A stretch of DNA of 64,000 nucleotides. Source: Candidatus Aminicenantes bacterium. Its GTDB lineage: Bacteria > Acidobacteriota > Aminicenantia > UBA2199. Shown here piece by piece: positions 9,402 through 17,629 of this stretch. The stretch covers positions 8,513 to 72,512 of the forward strand of contig JAOZUQ010000004.1 of assembly GCA_029938635.1 (NCBI GenBank), given 5' to 3'. Both the position numbers and the translations under genes were made by a program. How positions within the stretch are numbered: the first letter of the stretch is position 1; each line of letters starts with the position of its first letter. The notes under the pieces were generated by a model. It made no database searches. It was not told the DNA's origin and saw only the letters and a list, made by a program, of their open reading frames with translations.

Positions 9402-10708
9402 TTTTTCAGGTATTTCCTCATGTAAAAAAGGATCTTCTGTTGTTCAGAGCTTCTTATGAACCTCACGGCAGGGCCATTTTCGGACCTGGACTTCTCGAGA
9501 TCCAGAAATTCACGAAATTTCCTGAAGTTCATTAACATAATGAGATCAACTGATAGTTCATTGTTATTTACAGCTTTTATTGCGAAGTAATGATAGAAAC
9601 CCGGGAATAGGACTGCAATCCTTTCAGGATCGATATCAGGGTCTTCCCGAAGGAAATTGAGCGCTCCGTTAACTTCCATATCACAAAGATTTATCTTTGT
9701 CTTTTTTCTGCATGCCCTCTTTGTATTCGGAGCAAGAACAGCAAATCCTTTATCAACAAGAGTATTAATAAGTTCATCATAATAGAGCCTTGTTTCTGAT
9801 TCGGGGGGATATATCAGCAGAGCCGGAATTATTGATTTTCCGGCAGGTTTTCTGAATGTTGCATTTATCGGCATGTTATCGGTCGAAAAAAAGGTGATCA
9901 TATCCTTTGGTTTAGGGTTTTTCACAATCCCGTCAGCTTCCTTATCGATTCCGAATACTTCTGCAAAAAAATCGGCTATATGGTTTTGTATCTCAGGTAT
10001 TTCATCAAAAACAAATGTTCCGTGAGCGGGGAGTGTAAAAGGGGTTTCTGTTTTTTCAATCAGCAAATTTCTTGACAAGGGATTCAGGCTTCTTGCTGTA
10101 TATTCTTCCATAAGAAGATAATGGTTCCCGTCTAAAATACTTGCAATATTGAAAATAGCCAGGTCAGAGTTCCTTGTTATCCATTCCCTCGATTCTTCTC
10201 TCAGGATAGGGCCGGATATGATAACATTTGCTATTATGTCCGGATTGTTCTGTATTGCATACATCCCTGTCTCTACTGTAAAACTGGCTGTGATTATCCC
10301 CGTCTTCCCCTTCCTGGTAAAGTCAAGTGAGCTTAAGTATTCTAAAGCATCTTTCAGATCGGTTATTCTTTTAGCGCTGAGGTTTGCCCTCTGCCTGACA
10401 AAATTGGGCGCAAGTGTAACAATACCCTTTTTTGCAAACATCGGGAAAAGTTTTAAAAAATCATCGCGGTTCCCTGATAGTTGATGGAAGCATGCAACAG
10501 AAGGGTATTTGTTTTTCCCCGGATTCTCCGGTCTCAGCAGAAAAGCACTCAATTCAAATCCATCCCGGGTTTTAAAAGTAATTTCATCAATAACCCAGTC
10601 CCTCTCTTTTTTCATACTCAGATATACGAAAAGTGATGCAGCGAAAAGGAGGGCAAAGGTGAAAATTATAATTTTAATTGAACGGCTGTTTATTTTTATT
10701 GCTCTCAA
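9398..10708 (-). CDS. Membrane-anchored hypothetical protein with two tandem alpha/beta-hydrolase-like (dienelactone-hydrolase/S9-like) modules. No canonical GxSxG.
   Basis: 436 aa with an N-terminal TM anchor. Two ~200-aa halves each carry a 'P(S/A)(V/L)xxxH/P...(K)GxxxLAPN' core (…YPSVACFHQLSG…AKKGIVTLAPN / …IPALLIYPPE…VDKGFAVLAPN). 4-bp overlaps (ATGA-type) with both neighbours. Confidence 0.3.
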   Translation of the reverse strand: MRAIKINSRSIKIIIFTFALLFAASLFVYLSMKKERDWVIDEITFKTRDGFELSAFLLRPENPGKNKYPSVACFHQLSGNRDDFLKLFPMFAKKGIVTLAPNFVRQRANLSAKRITDLKDALEYLSSLDFTRKGKTGIITASFTVETGMYAIQNNPDIIANVIISGPILREESREWITRNSDLAIFNIASILDGNHYLLMEEYTARSLNPLSRNLLIEKTETPFTLPAHGTFVFDEIPEIQNHIADFFAEVFGIDKEADGIVKNPKPKDMITFFSTDNMPINATFRKPAGKSIIPALLIYPPESETRLYYDELINTLVDKGFAVLAPNTKRACRKKTKINLCDMEVNGALNFLREDPDIDPERIAVLFPGFYHYFAIKAVNNNELSVDLIMLMNFRKFREFLDLEKSRSENGPAVRFIRSSEQQKILFYMRKYLKK

Positions 10709-12054
10709 TTTCCGATATATCCCAGGGTTTCCAGCTTTTTCTGTTCTTCCGCTGTCAATTTTGTTTTTTGGGAGATGTGCTTGTTATCCTCTATCATACG
10801 GATATATCTTTTCAGTATCTTGTACATACTGAAGAACATTTTTTTATTTGAATCAAACTGATTGTTTTTTTCCGGTTTGTCCCCGCTAAGGTCATATAAT
10901 TCAAATTTGTTATTTTCAAAATCCCTGATTAGTTTCCAGCCTTTATGGACGATCGCACATTGATTATATAGAGTGTCATATTTTTTTTCATTAACCTCCA
11001 TAAAGATCGTCTCCGGCCCTTTTTCAGCCAGAATACTTGTTCCCCTGAAAGAATCCGGAATTTCGATCCCGGCAACATCCAGGATCGTTGGAGAAATATC
11101 AATATTTGAAAAGTTCGGGCGAATATTCGCATTTCTTTCAAAATCTTCGGGTAATTTTAGAATAAATGGAATTTTAGTCTGCTCATTAAACAATGACTGG
11201 CCGTGTCCGAGTGTTCCCCGTTCGCCAAATTCTTCTCCATGATCTGAAACTATCACAATTATTGTATTTTCATAAAGGTGCTGCTGTTTAAGTTTTTCGA
11301 TAACTCGTTCTATATACATGTCTGTAAATCTGATCTCGCTCCTGTAGCACTCATTAAAATAATCGAGGTCATTCTGAGAGAAAAGGTTTTTCTTTATGAT
11401 CTCAGCTTTTTCGGACTCATTCCTGTCGGGGAGAAAAGGGCCCGAATAAGAGGATTTGTTTTCATGATCAACATATCTGTAATGAGGGTCAAAATAGTGG
11501 AGGAACATGAAGAAAGGTTTCCCCCGGCTCTCCTCAATTATTTTTATTGCTTCGGAAGTGACAACCGGTGATGTTATGGAAAACAGATTGTTGTCCGAAG
11601 AATCGATCTTTTCCAGATATGTGTCAAAGCCCTGCCCGAGGCCATATTTTTTCTTCAGGAATATGTGTGTTATTACACCGTGGGTTTTGTATCCGTTCTC
11701 TTTTAGAACCTCTGCCAGAGTAATGAATTTTTCATCTATTTTAGAATTTCTCTTTACAACACCTATCTCAGAAGGGAATTTAGATGTGATCATTGATGAT
11801 ATCGAAGGGAGGGTCCAGGGCGCATTAGAATAAGATGCTCCGAAATATGCGGAATTATTTTTGAACAATTTTTTTAATGCCGGTGTTTCTCCGGACTTAT
11901 CGTTGCCCATATTCGTATGATCGGCTCTTAATGTATCAATTATTATGAAGACCACATTTGGTGGTGGATCTTTCTTGAAAATCATTAATCCGATGAAAAA
12001 AAAAGCTGTTATTAACAATATAACAAAGAATGATTTTTTCACTGATGATCTCAT
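10705..12054 (-). CDS. Sulfatase/alkaline-phosphatase superfamily (PF00884-type) protein, membrane-anchored. Thr at the nucleophile position.
   Basis: 449 aa. IIDTLRADHT metal-binding block, and SDHGEEFGERGTLGHG near the C-terminal end of the catalytic domain. The CxPxR position reads W-T-L-P-S-I (Thr, no Arg) by by-eye alignment. Ends ...KLETLGYIGN. Confidence 0.65.
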   Translation of the reverse strand: MRSSVKKSFFVILLITAFFFIGLMIFKKDPPPNVVFIIIDTLRADHTNMGNDKSGETPALKKLFKNNSAYFGASYSNAPWTLPSISSMITSKFPSEIGVVKRNSKIDEKFITLAEVLKENGYKTHGVITHIFLKKKYGLGQGFDTYLEKIDSSDNNLFSITSPVVTSEAIKIIEESRGKPFFMFLHYFDPHYRYVDHENKSSYSGPFLPDRNESEKAEIIKKNLFSQNDLDYFNECYRSEIRFTDMYIERVIEKLKQQHLYENTIIVIVSDHGEEFGERGTLGHGQSLFNEQTKIPFILKLPEDFERNANIRPNFSNIDISPTILDVAGIEIPDSFRGTSILAEKGPETIFMEVNEKKYDTLYNQCAIVHKGWKLIRDFENNKFELYDLSGDKPEKNNQFDSNKKMFFSMYKILKRYIRMIEDNKHISQKTKLTAEEQKKLETLGYIGN

Positions 12055-12167
12055 GTTTAAACTCTTGTTTTTACCCCTTTCACCTGCTTAAATAATATAT
12101 CATAGTGGTATGGCCTAATCAAGTCAGGTATACACGAAATGGATTAAAAGCTAATTGCAATCGGCTC

Positions 12168-14027
12168 TTATAAATAGCCCAGAGTTTTCAATTTCTCTCT
12201 ATCTTTATCAGTTACTTTCAGAGGGATGCCTTTTATTTTATGAGCAAAAACTTTCCTTTTTATCTGTCTTATCTTCTCTTTGAGATCTGTTAGAACTTTC
12301 TTAAACTTCGGATCTCCGGAGAGGTTGTTTCTTTCTGAAAAATCAGTACTAAGATCGTAAAGTTCATATTCTTTGTAGTCGGGGAGAGGAAATTTTGTGT
12401 AAAAAATATTCATTTCATCTGAATATTTAAAATTATATATGAGTTTATATTTCCCGTTGATCACAGATATCATCTGCGGTACCTGGGATAGCTTTAATTT
12501 TGACCCCATATGTATTAGAATCGACTCAATATCTCTCTCATTTCTGTAACTTTCAGGATCTTTCAGCAATGGTAGAAGTGATATCCCGTCTGTATCAAAT
12601 TCGTAAGAAATATCAAGGTAATCAAGAATAGTAGGAAGAATATCAATTATAGAACAATTCTGATTGATCCTATTCCCTTTATATTCTCCCGAAGGGAATT
12701 TTATCAGGAGGGGGATGTGAATAGTTTCATTATAGAGGTTGTTCCCATGCCCCCATGCTCCGTGTTCAAAGAATTCTTCTCCATGATCAGACATGAATAT
12801 TATCATCGAATTTTCATACATTCCTGATTTTTTCAAGGCATTGATGAAGTATCCGAACCAGTGATCGAAGAATTCAAGCTCGGCATCGTAAGAAGATATG
12901 ATCCCGCTCTTTTGTTTTTCACTTCTGGGCCTGTAAGTGAATTTACGATCATGCTCTGCCAGTTTGTATGGAAAAGAGAAACCTGTTGTATGTTCTGTTG
13001 TATGGACACTATCTGAATATTTCAGTCCGGGATGGAGTCTGAAAGGGCTGTGAACCTGATAGGTATGGAGGAAGTTAAAGGAATTGCCAAGGCCATTTGT
13101 TTTTGCCAATTTAATCGCATGTTCAAACATTTTCTTTGAAAATATAGAGGATCTCCACTTCCTTGAAATATATTGGTCAAATCCCCTGTAGAACCCATAT
13201 TTGTAATTCACAAATACTCCTTCATTCATACTTATTGAATATCTGTCTTCAGAGAGCAATTCTGTGAAAACTGGAATCTTTTCTGAAAGTCTCAAGTGCT
13301 TGTTGTAAACCCCGTGGTTGTAAAGATTTTTTGATGTAAAAAGGGATAAATGTGATGGTAACGTCCAGGAAGTTGTAGAAAAACAATTATCGAAAATCGC
13401 ACAATCCTCTGCGAACCTGTCAATATTCCTGGTTACATTCATGTCATATCCGTATATTCCCAGATGATCTGCCCTCAGTGTGTCTGCAACTATCAGGAAT
13501 ATCGGGTTTTTATTTCTGACCTTCAGATAAACCGGTTCAGATACAAATATCTCCGAATTTCCTTCAATATCTACGAATATTTCCGAAGAGCCGGTAAGTT
13601 TCAGGATCTGATCGAATTTAACACTTCTTCCTACTTTTGAGAATTCACTGACTGTTTTTCTTCTCCCGTTCGAGGCAAGGCTTACAATGATCTTCAGATC
13701 AGGATCATTGGTTTTTTTAAATTGTCCGATAGTAAAATATACAAAAGTATCACCCTTTAATTCAGGTTTGAATACCAGGGTTTTTGATTTTTTGATCTTA
13801 TAAAATTTTGATCTGTAAGTGGTTTTTTCCCTTTGAACAAAATGATATCTTGATTTACTATCTATGCCCAGAAGTGGTTTTATTCCCTTGTAATCTGATT
13901 TTTCAGACTCAGTTAATTCAAGTTTTCCCCTTTCGAATTTTATGTCTTCTTTTGAGCAGGATATCAGAATTGTAAGTAACATTAACAGGATGATCCATTT
14001 ATTCACTTTGTGAAAATTTTCCCTCAT
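12168..14027 (-). CDS. Sulfatase/alkaline-phosphatase superfamily lipoprotein with a ~170-aa N-terminal extension. Thr-type.
   Basis: 619 aa. Lipobox LISC. IVADTLRADHLG and SDHGEEFFEHGAWGHG blocks. Active-site position S-W-T-L-P-S-H. Ends ...KLKTLGYL. GGAGGA RBS. Confidence 0.6.
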   Translation of the reverse strand: MRENFHKVNKWIILLMLLTILISCSKEDIKFERGKLELTESEKSDYKGIKPLLGIDSKSRYHFVQREKTTYRSKFYKIKKSKTLVFKPELKGDTFVYFTIGQFKKTNDPDLKIIVSLASNGRRKTVSEFSKVGRSVKFDQILKLTGSSEIFVDIEGNSEIFVSEPVYLKVRNKNPIFLIVADTLRADHLGIYGYDMNVTRNIDRFAEDCAIFDNCFSTTSWTLPSHLSLFTSKNLYNHGVYNKHLRLSEKIPVFTELLSEDRYSISMNEGVFVNYKYGFYRGFDQYISRKWRSSIFSKKMFEHAIKLAKTNGLGNSFNFLHTYQVHSPFRLHPGLKYSDSVHTTEHTTGFSFPYKLAEHDRKFTYRPRSEKQKSGIISSYDAELEFFDHWFGYFINALKKSGMYENSMIIFMSDHGEEFFEHGAWGHGNNLYNETIHIPLLIKFPSGEYKGNRINQNCSIIDILPTILDYLDISYEFDTDGISLLPLLKDPESYRNERDIESILIHMGSKLKLSQVPQMISVINGKYKLIYNFKYSDEMNIFYTKFPLPDYKEYELYDLSTDFSERNNLSGDPKFKKVLTDLKEKIRQIKRKVFAHKIKGIPLKVTDKDREKLKTLGYL

Positions 14028-14118
14028 TTATCCTCCGGTCACAATTATTGCCATCAACAATTTCTTCATGATCCTGATACTATTATAACATATACTTCAA
14101 GTTCTCCGGCCCGGGCAA

Positions 14119-14135
14119 GTGACAATTATTGTCAC
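14119..14135. promoter_or_regulatory. Perfect 8-1-8 palindrome GTGACAAT-T-ATTGTCAC in a divergent intergenic region. Candidate operator.
   Basis: Read directly from the sequence. A related half-site, GTCACAATTATTG, lies at 14038..14050, abutting the RBS of the minus-strand sulfatase-like gene. Confidence 0.35.
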
Positions 14136-14264
14136 TATTGTATGGTTTTTGTAAAAATGGTTGAAAAAAAAATCTGAATATGTAATACTATAGTGGGATT
14201 TCGGATTGGCATGAAAGTTGCATTGTAAGTAATGGTTAAAAAAAGCACATTGAATGGAGCATTT

Positions 14265-17200
14265 ATGAAAAAGCTAATATTTCTCTCTTTTATTATATTT
14301 ATCTCATTTTTTACCATAAATAGTCAGACTGTAAGCTCTCTCGGGATCACAGGGACCTATTATGACATAAGAGCAGATAATAACGGTAATATCCATATTC
14401 TATGGATCGATAACGGATGGGCTAAGTATGGACAGATCGTAAACCGACAGGTTGTCAACCAGGTCACTATAAATGTTGTTGACTGGAATGAGGTGAATTA
14501 TAGAAAGGTTCGCCCCAGGCTGTCTGTAAAACCGGATGGCAGCGAGGTCCATTTTGTATGGGTAACACCTTTTTTCAAATCAAAGGACTTCATACACTGC
14601 TGGAGAGATTCGGGAGGGACCTGGAGAAGGGAGAAAATAGTCACAGTTAAAAACTTTTGTCTTGCTCCTACTTTTACGGTCGATTCGAGCGGAGTGTACC
14701 ATGCTGTTGTTATTGAAGATACCGGCGGTTCCCTTCTTCATCCTGTTGCCTATTGGCGGAAAGCTCCGGGCGGGGGATGGATAAAGAAGACAAATCTCGC
14801 TCCTGCAACAAAAGAACATTTATGGCCGAATCTTTTTACCGATATGAACGGTAACGTACATATCACCTGGGATGAGGATAAAGATATAATCAAATACAGG
14901 TATGCCGCTTCCGGGGGAGATCTTTCGACAAGTGCAACAATGACATTATCTAATCTCCATCCCCATAATAAGCAGAGTGAAATATTTGCCGATGCATCGG
15001 GAAATGTTTATGTTGCGGCTCTCTCATATTATACCCCCGGGACCCAGGGTGGAATTGATTATTGGGTCAAACCGGTCGGCGGATCTTTTTCAACATCGGT
15101 GAGAATTTCCGGCCCGGATTTTCCTTTAAAGGAATATTTCCCTTTTCCGGCAGTCATTGCACGATCACCTGACATGGTAGCTGTTTCCTGGGCTCAGACT
15201 AAATATCTAACACAACCTGCTGCGATAGGTGTTGCTGTCTATGACGGTGCCTGGCAGCCTGTAGAGTATCTTTCTACAACAGCAAACTTCAAGGCAGATA
15301 CAAGAACAACGATGGCAATGAACGATGAAACTGCATTTATGGTTTGGAGAGAAGGAGACCAGATGTTATATCTGGCAACATTTGATTATGCACTTTTCGG
15401 AGTCCTTTCCCCGAATGGAGGAGAGAACTGGAGTATTAATAGAACTTATGAGATTCGATGGAATCTTGAGAATGCAACAGGCAATGTTAATATAAACCTC
15501 TATAAAAATAGTGTAAACCTGGGCCCGGTTGCATCTGATGTAGCAGATGCCGGTTCTTTCAATTGGACTATCAATACTCTTGAAAGTGGAGCCTCTATTG
15601 AGACAGGAGTAGATTATCAGATCGAAGTTAGAGCAGTGAATGATTCTGATTCTGATATGTCAAGTGCTTTTTTTACTATTGATTATGCATTTGAAATTAC
15701 TTCTCCTGTTTCCAGTAGTGCCTGGGAGATCGGACAGAACTATAACATTACATGGACTAGTCCCGCGATTTCATCACCAACTGTAAAGTTAAATATATAC
15801 AAAGATTCAATACTTGTTGAAAATTTTGTTGAACAGCTTACCGGCCCCAATTCCGGTTCGTACAGCTGGACAATTCCATCTTCTTATGTAGCGGGGAATT
15901 ATATAATAAGATTAAAAACAGAAGACGGCCTTCTTATTGATGACAGTGACTTATTTAGTATTACCGGAACTTCAACTCTTCCATCGATCACGGTAACCTC
16001 TCCGACCTCAAGTGATACCTGGGACAAGGAGAGTACGTACGACATAACCTGGGAAAAAACCGGGACCCAATCTGCTAATGTGAAAATAAATGTATTCAGA
16101 AATTCGATCGATGTTGCAAATTTTGTGGAACAATTAACCGGGCCGAATTCCGGATCCTACAGTTGGACGATCCCCGGGACCTATGCTACCGGTAATTATA
16201 TCCTCAGGCTTAAGACCGATGACGGGCTTTTATCCGATGATAGTGATGTTTTTGCCATCTCAGGCGGCGGTTCGACCACTCCGTCGCTCACGATCACTTC
16301 TCCCACTTCGAGTGATACCTGGGACAAAGGAAGCACGTATAACATAACATGGGACAGGAATGGTACATTGTCGGCCAATATAAAGATCAATGTATATAAA
16401 GATTCAATACTGGCTGGAAATTTTATTGAGCAGTTAACAGGACCGAATTCCGGTACATACAGCTGGACCATCCCCGGTACCTATACAGCAGGGAATTATA
16501 TTCTCAGGATGAAGACAGATGATAATCTGGTAACAGATGACAGTGATGTGTTTGTTATTGCAGAGAACTCAACAACTCCCTCTATCACGATCACTTCTCC
16601 CACTTCGAGTGATACCTGGGACAAAGGAAGCACGTATAACATAACATGGGACAGGAATGGTACATTGTCGGCCAATATAAAGATCAATGTATATAAAGAT
16701 TCAATCCTGGTTGAAAATTTTATTGAGCAGTTAACAGGCCCCAATTCGGGTACCTACAGCTGGACCATTCCGGGAACTTATACAGCAGGGAACTATATTC
16801 TCAGGATGAAAACAGACGATAATCTGGTGTCAGATGACAGTGATGTTTTCCAGATCACTGACGGAGGAAGTGTAACACCTACAATGACCATAATTTCTCC
16901 TTCGTCATGCAGCTCCTGGCCGAGAAATAATACTTATACAATAACCTGGCTGAAAGACGGAACGATGTCAGCTAATGTTATAGTTAACATTTATAAAGAT
17001 TCAATTGATGTGGGGAATTTTGTTGAACAGTTGGCCGGTCCTAACACAGGATCCATGATCTGGGCAATTCCTAGTTATTATGAGGCCGGGAATTACATCA
17101 TAAGATTGAAAACTGATGATGACCAGGTCTCAGATGACAGTGATCTGTTTGCGGTTAACAGTTCTATAGTGAGTACTCCGAAAATAACTGTAACTTCTCC

Positions 17201-17465
17201 AACATCATGTGATACCTGGAGTAAACTGAAAACCTATAAAATTGCATGGTCAAAGGCCGGGACAATGTCTGATAATGTGAAAATAAATATTTACAAAGAT
17301 TCAATAGAGACCCCAAATTTTGTTCAGCAGCTCACCGGGCCTAATACAGGATCTATTGACTGGACCATTCCCGGAGCTTATGTGAACGGGAATTATATTT
17401 TACGTATAAAAACTGTTGATAGTGCAGTTATCGGTGATAGTAATGTATTTGTAGTAACAAACTAA
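14265..17465 (+). CDS. Large secreted repeat protein: beta-propeller-like N-terminal region plus about seven tandem ~99-aa Ig-like (Kre9/KNH-like) domains.
   Basis: Signal peptide MKKLIFLSFIIFISFFTINSQ (an in-frame upstream ATG at 14232 is also possible). The N-terminal ~380 aa carry repeated 'DxxGNxHxxW'-type blades. Then come repeated units ITSPTSSDTWDKGSTYNITW...NIKINVYKDSI...NFIEQLTGPNSGTYSWTIPGTYTAGNYILRMKTDD...SDDSDVF, separated by Ser/Thr-rich linkers. Confidence 0.6.
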   Translation: MKKLIFLSFIIFISFFTINSQTVSSLGITGTYYDIRADNNGNIHILWIDNGWAKYGQIVNRQVVNQVTINVVDWNEVNYRKVRPRLSVKPDGSEVHFVWVTPFFKSKDFIHCWRDSGGTWRREKIVTVKNFCLAPTFTVDSSGVYHAVVIEDTGGSLLHPVAYWRKAPGGGWIKKTNLAPATKEHLWPNLFTDMNGNVHITWDEDKDIIKYRYAASGGDLSTSATMTLSNLHPHNKQSEIFADASGNVYVAALSYYTPGTQGGIDYWVKPVGGSFSTSVRISGPDFPLKEYFPFPAVIARSPDMVAVSWAQTKYLTQPAAIGVAVYDGAWQPVEYLSTTANFKADTRTTMAMNDETAFMVWREGDQMLYLATFDYALFGVLSPNGGENWSINRTYEIRWNLENATGNVNINLYKNSVNLGPVASDVADAGSFNWTINTLESGASIETGVDYQIEVRAVNDSDSDMSSAFFTIDYAFEITSPVSSSAWEIGQNYNITWTSPAISSPTVKLNIYKDSILVENFVEQLTGPNSGSYSWTIPSSYVAGNYIIRLKTEDGLLIDDSDLFSITGTSTLPSITVTSPTSSDTWDKESTYDITWEKTGTQSANVKINVFRNSIDVANFVEQLTGPNSGSYSWTIPGTYATGNYILRLKTDDGLLSDDSDVFAISGGGSTTPSLTITSPTSSDTWDKGSTYNITWDRNGTLSANIKINVYKDSILAGNFIEQLTGPNSGTYSWTIPGTYTAGNYILRMKTDDNLVTDDSDVFVIAENSTTPSITITSPTSSDTWDKGSTYNITWDRNGTLSANIKINVYKDSILVENFIEQLTGPNSGTYSWTIPGTYTAGNYILRMKTDDNLVSDDSDVFQITDGGSVTPTMTIISPSSCSSWPRNNTYTITWLKDGTMSANVIVNIYKDSIDVGNFVEQLAGPNTGSMIWAIPSYYEAGNYIIRLKTDDDQVSDDSDLFAVNSSIVSTPKITVTSPTSCDTWSKLKTYKIAWSKAGTMSDNVKINIYKDSIETPNFVQQLTGPNTGSIDWTIPGAYVNGNYILRIKTVDSAVIGDSNVFVVTN
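15400..17460 (+). repeat. In-frame tandem coding repeats, period about 297 bp (99 aa), about 7 units. Units starting at 16291 and 16588 share about 125 bp of perfect identity.
   Basis: Direct sequence comparison: 16291..~16415 is identical to 16588..~16712, with about 90% identity over the rest of the unit. Flanking units are about 75-80% identical. Reflected in the near-identical antisense shadow ORFs 16196..16471 and 16496..16744. Confidence 0.7.
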
Positions 17466-17574
17466 AATATATTAAGGTTTAATTACTGAGTATTTCGCCT
17501 GCCTATAAGTCTATTCCTGCTTTGTTAAAAAATTTTTACGCTCCGGAAAAAAATAATTGAAAATTTATTTTTTT

Positions 17575-17603
17575 TTGAGATATACTTCTTGTAGTTCTAT
17601 ATA
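17575..17603 (+). promoter_or_regulatory. Sigma70-like promoter, TTGAGA-N17-TATATA, for the first paralog.
   Basis: -35 TTGAGA at 17575..17580, 17-nt spacer, -10 TATATA at 17598..17603. The same architecture recurs before the two following paralogs. Confidence 0.45.
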
Positions 17604-17629
17604 TAAAGATGATAAACAAGGAGGAAATC

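Noticed and set aside
14135-14317. A 60-aa minus-strand ORF overlapping the divergent promoter and the start of the large repeat-protein gene.
   Set aside because: It overlaps the promoter/operator region and the 5' end of a strongly supported gene, and has no RBS. Likely non-coding.
16196-16744. Near-identical short ORFs on the minus strand (16196..16471 and 16496..16744). They looked like a duplicated small gene or a CRISPR-like repeat.
   Set aside because: They are antisense shadow ORFs of the 297-bp in-frame coding repeats of the large plus-strand protein. There are no spacer/repeat alternations with unique spacers and no cas genes.
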